Source: an uncultured Methanosarcinales archaeon
Lineage (GTDB): Archaea; Nanobdellota; Nanobdellia; Woesearchaeales; GW2011-AR4
Direction: 5' to 3'
NCBI GenBank assembly: GCA_964469645.1
Contig: CAYXZV010000005.1
Location: 1 to 59,420 of the forward strand
DNA length: 59,420 nucleotides
The notes beneath the pieces were generated by a model. The model was not told the DNA's origin. It saw only the letters and a program-made list of their open reading frames with translations, and made no database searches. Shown here in pieces: positions 45,726 to 55,891 of the stretch. Made by a program: the position numbers and the translations under genes. Numbering within the stretch: position 1 is the first letter of the stretch; every line of letters starts with the position of its first letter.

Positions 45726-46955
45726 ATGAATTACAATCAGATTCTTGAAGAGCTATACAGCCTGGAATGTGTAAAGTTCAAGCAGACATTGGCAAACATG
45801 AAGTTATTGCTAAAAAAATTGGACAATCCACAAAAAAACTTAAAATGCATACATGTTGCAGGAACTAATGGAAAAGGTTCTGTTTGTGCAATGCTCTCTT
45901 ACATATTGCAGGATGCAGGCTATAAAGTGGGCATGTATACCTCTCCACACTTAAAGAAATTCAACGAAAGGATAAGAATAAACAACAAACTAATAACAGA
46001 CAAAGAAATAATCCAATATTATCTAAGAGTAAAAAAACACGTTACTGACCAAACTTTCTTTGAAATAACAACAACAATGGCTTTTCTTTATTTCAAGGAA
46101 AAAAATGTCGATTTTGCAGTAATAGAAACCGGTTTAGGTGGGAGATTAGATACAACTAATGTCATAACGCCATTGATTTCTGTAATAACAAATATTGGCA
46201 TTGAACATACAGAATATTTAGGAAAAACAATAGAAAAGATAACGAAAGAAAAAGCAGGTATCATCAAAAAAAATGTCCCAGTCGTTACAGCGGCAGAAGG
46301 AAAAGCATTAGCTGCAATAAAAAAAATTTCCAATAAAAAAAATTCAAAGTTAATAATAATCAATAGAAATAAAATAAAAATAAATTATAATAATAAAAAT
46401 AATATTGGAAAAAATAATTATTGGAATTTCGATTTTAATGGATATAAAAACATTGAACTGAAAAACTTAAATGGACAATTTCAAGCACTCAATGCCGCAA
46501 TAGCAATAAAGACAATAGAAACATTAAAAAACAATAAAAAAATAAAAATCAATAAAAATAATGTAAAAAACGGATTAAAAAACACAAAATGGCCTGGCAG
46601 ATTCCAATTTCTAGAAAAAAATGTTCTTATCGATTCCGCGCACAATCCTTCTGGCTTCAAAACCCTTGTCAAAGAATTAAAGAATTTAAAATATAACAAA
46701 TTAATCCTTATAGCAGGTTTTTCAGACGACAAAGACATAAAAACAATATCAAAAATACTCGAAACAGACAAAACAATAATAACAAAATCAGATAATTTCA
46801 AGGCTGTAGAACCAAAAACAATAAAAAAATATTTCAATAATTCAAAAATAATAAATAACCCAAAACAAGCATTAAAATACGCAAAAACTATAACTAAAGA
46901 CAATGATCTAATATTAATTACAGGTTCAATATTTTTAGTTGGTGAATTTTTATGA
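45726..46955 (+). CDS. folC: Folylpolyglutamate/dihydrofolate synthase
   Basis: HVAGTNGKGS, YTSPHL, ETGLGGRLDTTN, EKAGI, WPGRF, DSAHN, TGS. Confidence 0.95.
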   Translation: MNYNQILEELYSLECVKFKQTLANMKLLLKKLDNPQKNLKCIHVAGTNGKGSVCAMLSYILQDAGYKVGMYTSPHLKKFNERIRINNKLITDKEIIQYYLRVKKHVTDQTFFEITTTMAFLYFKEKNVDFAVIETGLGGRLDTTNVITPLISVITNIGIEHTEYLGKTIEKITKEKAGIIKKNVPVVTAAEGKALAAIKKISNKKNSKLIIINRNKIKINYNNKNNIGKNNYWNFDFNGYKNIELKNLNGQFQALNAAIAIKTIETLKNNKKIKINKNNVKNGLKNTKWPGRFQFLEKNVLIDSAHNPSGFKTLVKELKNLKYNKLILIAGFSDDKDIKTISKILETDKTIITKSDNFKAVEPKTIKKYFNNSKIINNPKQALKYAKTITKDNDLILITGSIFLVGEFL

Positions 46956-47335
46956 AAAAAGACTGGAAGCATGAAATTGCCAGGGATTTAATGGCTTTTG
47001 GCAGCATTATTTTCTACCTGATTGTCCTTGCAAGATCAACCATAGGAGAATATTTTACCTTTGTCTACCAGCTTCTGATTGCTTTGGCATTATTAACCAT
47101 ATCATCTTTCATAATAAAAGATGCAAACCAGCGCATAGCAAGAGCTTTCGTCTTATTGATATTCACAAGCTTGTTTTACAAAGATGTTCCCTTTACAGTC
47201 TTTGCTTCCTTACTGTGGATTCTTATGATAGGAGCAGCTTTCTACATCAAGATAAGCAAGAAATCAATATACAAAGGAATAGTTCTAGGAGTTATAACAG
47301 CAATAATAAGTTATTATTTGAGTTTCGTAGTTTAA
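46952..47335 (+). CDS. Small membrane protein, possibly degenerate PAP2-like
   Basis: Four hydrophobic segments; overlaps the folC stop. Confidence 0.65.
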   Translation: MKKDWKHEIARDLMAFGSIIFYLIVLARSTIGEYFTFVYQLLIALALLTISSFIIKDANQRIARAFVLLIFTSLFYKDVPFTVFASLLWILMIGAAFYIKISKKSIYKGIVLGVITAIISYYLSFVV

Positions 47336-47350
47336 AAAATAGAAGTGAAA

Positions 47351-47962
47351 TTAATTATTTAGTTCTCCTGAAAGCATTCTATATTTTAGATCTAGCAAAC
47401 CAGTTACTTCCTCTTCACTAAACATTTGTCTTAAATGATCTGTAGTTCCAAATTTCGTTGGATTGTCCTTCCTGTCAAATAAAGTTCTTTTATCTAATAA
47501 CAATTGATCTTGTAAATCACCAACCACAATTCCATCTTCTACTAAACTATTCACGCAATTAATAACAACTTCTGAAGCAAGCAAAGAGCCATTTAAAAAT
47601 GACATATATTCGCTTTCAGGTATGCTTCCATTTCTACATGATTTCATATATCCATCGGCAATTCTATTGTATACAGAATGTAAATCATCTCCCTCACTCA
47701 AATAATGCATCCATTGATTAAATTTCTCAAAAAATCCTTTTTGGAAATTCATATCACCACTAACTATCTGGTCTACAGCAACTAAATCTTTGATTCCATT
47801 ATCTCCAAGAAATAAATCCAATCCAAGCTTATAACCCTTAGCTTCTGCCTCAGTTTGTGGTTTAAATGGCCGATAACTCTCTCTTCCTCTTTGTACAGCC
47901 TGGACTAACACTGAATCTCCAGCTATACCAATTTCACTTGCTTCCTCTTCTAAGTGTACCAT
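47351..47962 (-). CDS. Orphan hypothetical protein
   Basis: 203 aa; own TTTAAA box ~28 nt upstream. Confidence 0.6.
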   Translation of the reverse strand: MVHLEEEASEIGIAGDSVLVQAVQRGRESYRPFKPQTEAEAKGYKLGLDLFLGDNGIKDLVAVDQIVSGDMNFQKGFFEKFNQWMHYLSEGDDLHSVYNRIADGYMKSCRNGSIPESEYMSFLNGSLLASEVVINCVNSLVEDGIVVGDLQDQLLLDKRTLFDRKDNPTKFGTTDHLRQMFSEEEVTGLLDLKYRMLSGELNN

Positions 47963-48029
47963 ATAAAAACCAGTATTTCTACCCCTTTTTAAATCTTTCT
48001 ATTTATAACTACTCTAAAGAAGTAACAAA

Positions 48030-49925
48030 TTACTTAATCCTAACACTCTCCAAATTCCTTGGAGCAACTGTTTCTAACCTGAATTGCTTATGCATTGAAG
48101 AAGCTAGATCTAAACATCTTGAACTTTCTCCGTGATTGACAATAATCTTCTTAGGCCTTGGTTCGCATCTTGAGACGAAATTCAGCAATTGTGTACGATT
48201 ACTGTGCCCGGAAAACCCTTCAACTGTATGTACAGCAAGATTAATAGGCACAACTTCATTTTTACCGTTGTGGCCATCAGTTGTATATTCCTTTTCTCCT
48301 CTTTGGATACGCCTACCTAACGATCCTTCACCTTGATAGTTAACGAATATCATTGAGTTCTTCTTATTGTCAGCTAAATGCCTTAAATACTCTACAGAAG
48401 GACCGCCTTGCAGCATTCCTGAAGTGGCCAATATGACGCATGGTCCTGTCTCTTCAATGATCTGCCTTCTTTCCTCCTTGCTTCCTACTCTTTTGAATAT
48501 CTCCGATAAGAACGGATTTTGATCTTTGTGAAAGATTAATTTCCTTATAGAGCTGTTCAAAAACTCAGGATAAGCAGTATGTATCGCAGTCACGTCCCAG
48601 ATCAATCCATCAATAAAGACAGGTATCTTTTCCATCATTCCAGTTCTTACCATATTCTCAATTACAATCATTATCTCCTGGCTTCTTCCTACTCCTAATG
48701 TAGGTATCAAAACTTTTCCACCGCGCTTTATAGTTTCCTGCACAATTTTTTTAAGTTCAATATCGCTTTCATTCCTTTCTGTCCCGTTGCAGTCTTTCCC
48801 ACCATAAGTAGATTCCAGGAGCAATGTTTCCAAACGAGGAAATACAGTAACCGCAGGATCTAAAAGAGAAGTTCTTCCATACTTCTGGTCAGCAGAGTAT
48901 AAGATGTTGTGCAGACCGTTTCCAACATGCAGGTGAACCATGCATGAACCTAAAATATGGCCTGCATTGTACATAGTAATCCTGACATCAGGAGTCACAT
49001 CACTGACTTCCTCATACTCTAAAGTGATGGTATGTTTTACCATCTCCTTTATGTCTTCTGTGGTAAAGATAGGATCTTTGCCTTCTGTCCTTTGAATCTT
49101 GATGTAGTCCAGAAGCATCAATGCCATAACATCTCTTGTTGGCTCTGTACAGTAAACTGGTCCTCTATACCCATACTTAAACAAGTATGGCACAAAACCA
49201 GAATGATCCACGTGTGCGTGGCTTACGATAACTGCATCTAACTCATTGATATTGAATTCAGGAGCTTCCAAATAAGGATATGGGTGCTGGTCAGAAGCAA
49301 CATCTACTCCGCAATCCAACAACACCCTGCTTTCTGGTGTTTGTAAAAGTAAACAGCTTCTTCCTACCTGGCGAGCGCTGCCTAAATAACTCATCCTTAT
49401 CCATTCTTCTTTCTTCTCTCTAATCCAGCCGTCATAGATCCTATGACCAACTTTATCCAAAAACTTTCTCCTATACTCGCTGTTTTGATACAAGACAGAC
49501 CTTATTGTTTCAATTAATTTTGACCTTATAGCAGGCTTCCTGTTGATCAAAGGCACCCAGAAAGTCTTGCTTCTGATATCCCTTAAGATTGAGCCTTGCT
49601 TTCCTATTGCCAGTCCAGGTTTCTCAGCTTCAATCACCACTCTTGATCTTTGAGGGTCGAAAAGTACCTGGTCAACTCCTGCTTCTTCAGGAATTATTTT
49701 TTTGATCTCTTTTTCAGCTTTTTCCTCATCCATTGTTACCTTCGGATCCGGCCTTAGCTCTACTCTTTTCTTTATATTGTCAACTACTTTTTTGATAAGC
49801 CCGTTATTGTTCAGGAAGAAATCCTTATCTTTTGTGTACAGTACAATGTTTGCGCCTTCAAAACTCGCTTCGCTAATCTTGTCACTAGGCAAATTCTTCA
49901 GTATTTCCTTGATTATTTCTACCAT
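48030..49925 (-). CDS. fttA: aCPSF1/FttA beta-CASP ribonuclease with KH domains
   Basis: KPGLAIGK, SHAHVDH, AGHILG, ESTYG, ATSGML, GFSGHS, NHGE. Confidence 0.96.
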   Translation of the reverse strand: MVEIIKEILKNLPSDKISEASFEGANIVLYTKDKDFFLNNNGLIKKVVDNIKKRVELRPDPKVTMDEEKAEKEIKKIIPEEAGVDQVLFDPQRSRVVIEAEKPGLAIGKQGSILRDIRSKTFWVPLINRKPAIRSKLIETIRSVLYQNSEYRRKFLDKVGHRIYDGWIREKKEEWIRMSYLGSARQVGRSCLLLQTPESRVLLDCGVDVASDQHPYPYLEAPEFNINELDAVIVSHAHVDHSGFVPYLFKYGYRGPVYCTEPTRDVMALMLLDYIKIQRTEGKDPIFTTEDIKEMVKHTITLEYEEVSDVTPDVRITMYNAGHILGSCMVHLHVGNGLHNILYSADQKYGRTSLLDPAVTVFPRLETLLLESTYGGKDCNGTERNESDIELKKIVQETIKRGGKVLIPTLGVGRSQEIMIVIENMVRTGMMEKIPVFIDGLIWDVTAIHTAYPEFLNSSIRKLIFHKDQNPFLSEIFKRVGSKEERRQIIEETGPCVILATSGMLQGGPSVEYLRHLADNKKNSMIFVNYQGEGSLGRRIQRGEKEYTTDGHNGKNEVVPINLAVHTVEGFSGHSNRTQLLNFVSRCEPRPKKIIVNHGESSRCLDLASSMHKQFRLETVAPRNLESVRIK

Positions 49926-50004
49926 TTATACACCTAATTAGAATTTTTTTCAGTATTGGTTATGTATATTTAATTTTGAAATTATGGTTTTTTAAAAGAA
50001 TAAC

Positions 50005-50649
50005 TTATACCTCGATTTTTGTGTCTATTTCTTTTGTTAAGACTTTCTTCACGCCATCTTTAGTTATGGTCACGACATCCATCCCGTTTCCGGATGCTAT
50101 ATCTCTCTGGATAGCTGCATTTATTGATTTTCCTGCCAGCTTAATCCCTTCTTCTACGCTCATGTTTTTCTTGTATAACGTTTCTAGTACACCATAGACC
50201 ATGACACTTCCTGATCCTGATGTGTTATAATCGTCAATTTCCGCAATGCTTCCGTCAGGGCTTAAATCATAAATATGGAATCCTGCTTCATCTTTCCCGC
50301 CAACAATAAAATGTGATATCCCTGGAATCATGCTCATCTTTCTTATATTGTTGTAAACCATCATTGCTAAAAGATTTGCAGCTTCCTTGACAGTATTACT
50401 CCTGTCTGTCCTTATCTGCTTCAGCTTTAATTCCGCTTTGATGTATTTTGCCAATAATTGTACATCAGAAACTGTTCCCGCAACAGTCACAGCTATGTTG
50501 TCTGTTATGTTGATTATCTTATCGAAATTCTTGTTTGCGATCAAATATCCTGATGTTGCTCTTTTATCAGCAGCTAATACAACCCCATCTTTGCACATCA
50601 AAGCTAAAGTTGTCGTGCCTGTTTTCATTAATTCCTTGTCTTCAACCAT
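50005..50649 (-). CDS. psmB: Proteasome beta subunit
   Basis: Propeptide then KTG/TTT, AADKR, SGSG, RDIASG. Confidence 0.96.
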   Translation of the reverse strand: MVEDKELMKTGTTTLALMCKDGVVLAADKRATSGYLIANKNFDKIINITDNIAVTVAGTVSDVQLLAKYIKAELKLKQIRTDRSNTVKEAANLLAMMVYNNIRKMSMIPGISHFIVGGKDEAGFHIYDLSPDGSIAEIDDYNTSGSGSVMVYGVLETLYKKNMSVEEGIKLAGKSINAAIQRDIASGNGMDVVTITKDGVKKVLTKEIDTKIEV

Positions 50650-50732
50650 TTTTTATCTAAGAACTCTTAATTTAAGAGATATGTATGTTATATTTAAAGA
50701 TTACGGTTTTGTTAAATACAAAAGAAAATAAT

Positions 50733-51491
50733 TTACCTTAAACTCTTCTCGAACATGTCATTTAAAGCACCTACAAAATAAGGGCTTTTTATCCATACTC
50801 CTGAATGAAACTCAGGATCTTTTGAACCCATGATGAAGAATACTTCTTCATTGTCGATATTTACAAACCTTCCATCGTGTTTTGTGCTAAGGACTTCCAT
50901 TCCAGCATCAACATTTGCATTAGGAATGTTTGTATAAAACTTAACCTTGACTTTTTTCTTTGCTAAATTGTCTTTTACTTTCCTTAAGACTTTGACCTTG
51001 TTTTTTATTCCTTCTTCATTTGTAACTATGGTTACATTCTTTTTAGCTCTCAAAAGCATTTCTTTAATGAATCTGTTAACATTATTCCTTCCGACAACAG
51101 AATCTGTTATGTTTTCCACATCAACTTTCTTTATGCCTGTCTTATGCAAAAGCTCAAGCTCTTCAAAAATATCAGTTTCTGCTAGGTTTTCCACTATTTC
51201 TATTTGCTGATCTGCTTCTTCTTGTAATTTTTTCTTAACCCTGTCAACAACCGCTTCTGGCTGTACTGCTATGTATTTTATCGGCTTCCCTATCTTCATT
51301 ATGATAAAGCCTTTCTTCTCTAATGATTCAAGAACATCATAACATCTGCTTCTTGGAACTCCTGATATCTCAGCTAGCTCAGATGCAGCTGCTATACCTC
51401 TGCTAAGCAAAGAAGTCCATATCTTTATCTCGTAAATATTCAGTTTAAAACGTTCCCTTAATTCCTGTAATGTTTCTTTTTGCAGTAACAT
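50733..51491 (-). CDS. TrmB family transcription regulator
   Basis: LNIYE, SGVPRSRCYDVLESLEKKG. Confidence 0.92.
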   Translation of the reverse strand: MLLQKETLQELRERFKLNIYEIKIWTSLLSRGIAAASELAEISGVPRSRCYDVLESLEKKGFIIMKIGKPIKYIAVQPEAVVDRVKKKLQEEADQQIEIVENLAETDIFEELELLHKTGIKKVDVENITDSVVGRNNVNRFIKEMLLRAKKNVTIVTNEEGIKNKVKVLRKVKDNLAKKKVKVKFYTNIPNANVDAGMEVLSTKHDGRFVNIDNEEVFFIMGSKDPEFHSGVWIKSPYFVGALNDMFEKSLR

Positions 51492-51581
51492 TTTGTAACT
51501 TAGAATGGTTTACTTGTATTTAAAGGTTTCTATTTATTTGTTACTTTAAAGTGAGGACACATTAGATTAGTCTAAATTCTG

Positions 51582-51615
51582 GCTTTCGTACATTAATGTC
51601 AGTAAAACTTTATTC
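51582..51615 (+). repeat. 34-bp imperfect dispersed repeat, copy 1
   Basis: 27/34 identity to 58597-58630. Confidence 0.45.
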
Positions 51616-51627
51616 TAAGAGAAAAAG

Positions 51628-51987
51628 TTACTTAGCCTTCTCTATTTCAGTTGCTATTCTTATAAGATCATCAGCCTTGTAAGTTTCAAAAGGAATATCA
51701 TGTAATTGCGCTTCTTTACGAGCCCACCCTTTTGGAAGATATGTCGGTATTGGGAAACCTGCATATAGGTTACCATCATCCATATGATAATAATTAAGCG
51801 GTCCAGCAAACCACTTAAATCTACCTTCCATGGATGGCTTACCAAGTATAAGCAAGCCTTTATGACCTTTTTCCATTAACTCTTGAACACCTTGTCTGCA
51901 GAATTCTGCTAATCCAAATCGTGCCCTTTCTATTGCAGCAGCATCTGTTCCTGCTTCTTGCACTCTTTGATGATATTGTTGTACCAT
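51628..51987 (-). CDS. Orphan hypothetical protein
   Basis: 119 aa; own TATA box. Confidence 0.6.
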   Translation of the reverse strand: MVQQYHQRVQEAGTDAAAIERARFGLAEFCRQGVQELMEKGHKGLLILGKPSMEGRFKWFAGPLNYYHMDDGNLYAGFPIPTYLPKGWARKEAQLHDIPFETYKADDLIRIATEIEKAK

Positions 51988-52079
51988 TTTATCTTTAAGG
52001 TATTCTATTCCTATTTAAAAAACCTACTCTTAAATCAGATTGCAAAAACAAAACTAAAAAATAAAGAAATAAAAGAAGC

Positions 52080-53162
52080 TTACTCACTTCTCTTTCTCAT
52101 TAATGATGCTACTAGTAAGATTGCTATCAAAACAAGCAATACTTCTCCAACAACCAGAGCAACTAAAAATCCTGAACTTTCGAACAATGATTTTTCCTCA
52201 GTTACTGGTAATGAAGGAGCACTTACTGTTCCAGCACTTACAACGTCTGTAGGAGTTGTGTCTGTTGGAAGATTAACAACAACATCGCTGTCTTCCTCCT
52301 CTTCCTCATCAGCAAAGATCTCACACTGAGCTACAATTAACTCAGCAGTCTCAGTTTCAGTCTCAGCGCCATCATTAAATGTAGCTGTTGATTGTACTGT
52401 GTAGATTCCAGGAGCAACTTCCTGTGGTACTGTCATTGTAAATGTCTTTCTGAATTTGCTGTCATCATCGAATGGATCGTTAGTTAGGTCAAACAGTTCC
52501 CTGAAGCTAACAGCTAGTTCAGCATTAACAATTTCCAATGAAACATCATCTTCATCATCAGCACCTGTGTTTATAACAGTTGTTGATAGCTGAACAGTTC
52601 TGCCGCATTTGATCTCTGAAGGAGTTAATGTATTTCTCAAAAACTTAACTTCATTGTCTTCTTTCTGAACCTCTAGTTCAAGAGCATATTCAACTGCATG
52701 TCCGGTTCCGTTCTCATCGTCACCTTCCACTTCAATCAAAACATCATAGTCTCCTTCGTCAACTTCAAGAGGTATCTTAAATTCAATAGTTACATCATTA
52801 TTCTTTCCGTCTTTTAGATCCTTAATCTCATCTTCTTCATCAAGATCATCATCGTCATCTATACCTTCTATTGTTACTGTAACTTCGATATCTTCAATTT
52901 CAAGTTCTTCTTCATTAGTAAAATTATTTGTTGCCTCTATTGTAAATTTAACAGTGTCTCCTGGTCTTGCTTCTTCTTTTATCTTTTCATCATAATCCAT
53001 ATTCTTGTGAGTCTTGCTTCCAACTTTAACATCAACATCAGTTATAAGAAGTTTTCCGCCGTTGCTTGTACCTGTAATTAAACCATCTTCATTTAGAGCC
53101 ATAGCAATAGGCACAATTAATAGAACCATAAACAATCCCAATATAACACTTAGTTTATTCAT
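52080..53162 (-). CDS. Acidic surface (S-layer/CARDB-like) protein with C-terminal membrane anchor
   Basis: Signal peptide, beta-rich acidic domains, T/P linker, TM helix plus RKRSE. Confidence 0.8.
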   Translation of the reverse strand: MNKLSVILGLFMVLLIVPIAMALNEDGLITGTSNGGKLLITDVDVKVGSKTHKNMDYDEKIKEEARPGDTVKFTIEATNNFTNEEELEIEDIEVTVTIEGIDDDDDLDEEDEIKDLKDGKNNDVTIEFKIPLEVDEGDYDVLIEVEGDDENGTGHAVEYALELEVQKEDNEVKFLRNTLTPSEIKCGRTVQLSTTVINTGADDEDDVSLEIVNAELAVSFRELFDLTNDPFDDDSKFRKTFTMTVPQEVAPGIYTVQSTATFNDGAETETETAELIVAQCEIFADEEEEEDSDVVVNLPTDTTPTDVVSAGTVSAPSLPVTEEKSLFESSGFLVALVVGEVLLVLIAILLVASLMRKRSE

Positions 53163-53380
53163 TTTTTATTGACCCCATATTATTATTTGATTATCTTTAA
53201 CCTGTGAAAACGCTACTAGTATTTAAATGTTTTGTTATTGGACAATGGTAACGCCAAATATGAGCAGCGGTCGAAAAAGCCCTATATATAGTAGTACAAA
53301 AGAACCTTATTCAAATTTAGAATAAATGCTGCACTGATACTTCACTCAACCGGAAGCTTTCATGTTGTGATACATTCAAT

Positions 53381-54493
53381 TTAACAAGCATAGGCTTTTA
53401 AATCAAAAATAAAATCAATAAATTCCTTATCACCGATTGGAGTTATATCATTTACTCTGAATTCTACAATATTTCTTTTAATTGAATCCAAAGGTACAGA
53501 AGCAACTTTTGAGAGTTTAATTAGATATTCAACATTTACATAGTCTCTTTTACTATTAAGAATATTAAAGAACATATTTGGTTGTGCACCAATCAAAAAA
53601 GCAAGTTGTCTCTGGCTAAAATGTTTAATTAAGAATAATTTTCTTTTTAATTCTGAGTTAATTTTGCAACTAAATTTGGTAATTTTTAATTTACTTAAAA
53701 ATTTAAATTCTTTGCGAGCATTCAAACAAAATAAATCAATTTTCCAGAGCTTATGATAATTTTTCCAGTTGGTAATTTGAATATATCTTTCTCCTTTTGT
53801 TTCCTTGAATATCTGCTTTGAAGTAACACCTTCGAATTGTAATAATTTCTGGACAAAATTTGCTAATTTTTCTTCTTTATCAAAAGATAAATGATATGCA
53901 ATGTAGGAGATATAATTCTCTTTTCTCACAATACCGATGCTTCCTTCTGCCGCAAATAAACCTCTTAAAAAAGCTCTTCTTAGTACAGAATTATTTGAAA
54001 AATCATTTTCCAATATCCTTTCAATTATTTTGCCAAAAATATTCCTCAATATAACACTACTAATCTGCATACTAATACATTCTTCTTTGTACCTTTTTGA
54101 GTGTTGGAGGTTAATTTTAGTTGTAGGAACACCAAGATGCTTTGCCCATTTCTCAACACTATTAATTTGAAATATTTTGTACCTTAGTTGATATCTAATA
54201 CCTGTTATTTTTAGATTTAATCTATTTGTGAAAAAGTCAAGCATGAACTTTACCATATCTCCATCTTTAGAAGTAAAATCTAAATGATGTTTATCGTTGG
54301 ATAGTTTACCATCACCTATGTACATACTAACCGCTTCCATAAATTCTTTATCGACATGAATTACTTTTGGAAGGATACTGGGATTAGGAGAACTACCCCT
54401 ACTTTTATTTAAGTAATACACCTTAATCTGATCATCTTCAATTTTTTCTACTATCCAATCTTTTGGAACTAACTTTTCTACATTTATTTCCAT
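53381..54493 (-). CDS. Free-standing two-motif LAGLIDADG endonuclease with C-terminal HTH
   Basis: EAVSMYIGDG and FLRGLFAAEG; FSQRQLAFLIG...YLIKLSKV is HTH-like; SD GGAG before ATG 54493. Confidence 0.85.
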   Translation of the reverse strand: MEINVEKLVPKDWIVEKIEDDQIKVYYLNKSRGSSPNPSILPKVIHVDKEFMEAVSMYIGDGKLSNDKHHLDFTSKDGDMVKFMLDFFTNRLNLKITGIRYQLRYKIFQINSVEKWAKHLGVPTTKINLQHSKRYKEECISMQISSVILRNIFGKIIERILENDFSNNSVLRRAFLRGLFAAEGSIGIVRKENYISYIAYHLSFDKEEKLANFVQKLLQFEGVTSKQIFKETKGERYIQITNWKNYHKLWKIDLFCLNARKEFKFLSKLKITKFSCKINSELKRKLFLIKHFSQRQLAFLIGAQPNMFFNILNSKRDYVNVEYLIKLSKVASVPLDSIKRNIVEFRVNDITPIGDKEFIDFIFDLKAYAC

Positions 54494-54509
54494 TTTGATC
54501 AAACTCCAG

Positions 54510-54658
54510 AATCTCAATCTGTGTTGAGATTTCTTTTCAAATCTTAAAAGAAATCTCTCTGAAGGAAAAAGGGGACGTTTAGCGAATCTGCATAAGTGAT
54601 TTTCTTGTCGTTTTTGACCGAAAATCACAATTTAGCAGATGAGCGTGTCCTCTTTTTC
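54510..54658. ncRNA. Highly structured leader/ncRNA upstream of the LAGLIDADG gene
   Basis: Nested stems 54565-54658; 12-bp hairpin 54526-54557; alternative hairpin 54510-54531. Confidence 0.55.
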
Positions 54659-54732
54659 TAGAATTAGTAGATTAACTCCTTTATATATCTCACGCGCAAA
54701 TGTCCAGTGCAGTATAAGCAATGTCCAGTGGT

Positions 54733-55830
54733 TCAAGGTAGCCATGAATTAGGATTCTTAAGTTTCTTAGGAAGGTAATCACTCATAACAAAATTTAACC
54801 CATGTTTAGACAACGCTTGTTGCTCTGCTCTTACTTTCATCTTTATCTGTTGCTGAATTGCATTCTGCCATTCCTTATAGTGCTTTATGAATGGATCATT
54901 CTTAAGAGCATCTTTGCCCCTCTTAATGTCTACTTCCTTCAAAGGATGTGTAGGTAATTTATAATCTACAATATCTTGGGGAGTGATTCCTATAAATTTT
55001 GCATTAGGCACACAAAAATATTGATTAATATGCGCAGCGTTTCCTGAGCCAACCTTAAGACTTCGATATATATTTGCGTACGCGTACATGTCACCATCTG
55101 CGAAAACATATACATCTAATTTCCTCTCATCACTTAATCTACGAATAAATCTACGTAAGGCTCTGGTAGGCACACCACCCATAGAAACTAAAATACAATT
55201 AGCCTTTTTCCAATAGTTATGTTTCACAAGCCTTTGAAACATACCTGCTGTCTCTATCGCTAAAATGAATTTAGCATTGGTTTCAAATTTCAGATGCTCA
55301 ACAGATGTAGGTATTGAATATGCACCGGAACCAAACTTAGTACAATCAATCTTTATCTGCTTCCCGGTATCAGGATCTTTGTCAACAACAATTAATTTTC
55401 CTGCAACTTCTCCACCTTTTTCTTCCGGAATAAAACCAAGCTGTTCGCGATTAACCATCATCATCGCTTCCAAGTCATCCATGACTGTATCAGATTCCGG
55501 CTGCTCCTTGAAGGCAGCTTCTGCCCAGTTCTTAGAGATATAGTACATCTCTCTCTTTGTTGTTATGTCCTCTTCTTTGATAATGCTTTTTGCATGCGCC
55601 ATCATGCGCAAAGTCTGCGCAAAAGTTTTAATAGTAGAAGCGGTCATAGTCCTTTCCTTCATCTTCCCCAACAATTCAAAAAAACCTTCTTTAGGATCAT
55701 ACTTTACATTAGTCAATGCACGAAGAGGCATCTTTAGCTCAGGAGCTTTTTTCTTTTTTATTCTGGAATAGACATTACTTGCTGTATCTTCTATTTCCTT
55801 TATCACTGAAGTGGATGACGTTTTTTTCAT
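54733..55830 (-). CDS. top6A: DNA topoisomerase VI subunit A
   Basis: TKREMYY (catalytic Tyr), AIET, GVP, DGD, EQQA. Confidence 0.96.
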   Translation of the reverse strand: MKKTSSTSVIKEIEDTASNVYSRIKKKKAPELKMPLRALTNVKYDPKEGFFELLGKMKERTMTASTIKTFAQTLRMMAHAKSIIKEEDITTKREMYYISKNWAEAAFKEQPESDTVMDDLEAMMMVNREQLGFIPEEKGGEVAGKLIVVDKDPDTGKQIKIDCTKFGSGAYSIPTSVEHLKFETNAKFILAIETAGMFQRLVKHNYWKKANCILVSMGGVPTRALRRFIRRLSDERKLDVYVFADGDMYAYANIYRSLKVGSGNAAHINQYFCVPNAKFIGITPQDIVDYKLPTHPLKEVDIKRGKDALKNDPFIKHYKEWQNAIQQQIKMKVRAEQQALSKHGLNFVMSDYLPKKLKNPNSWLP

Positions 55831-55891
55831 TTGATTTGTGTATTATTTTATTTATTTTTATTTGTATTGAATTTTTTTTATTGTTTTTAAA

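Noticed and set aside
53272-53380. Possible plus-strand box C/D sRNA after a TATA-like CCCTATATATA
   Set aside because: Box C has two mismatches and there is no terminal box D
53381-54628. Intein or BHB intron carrying the LAGLIDADG domain; longer start at 54628
   Set aside because: No host gene is interrupted and there is no Cys1/His-Asn splicing motif; the extra N-terminal codons run through the structured leader and precede the SD
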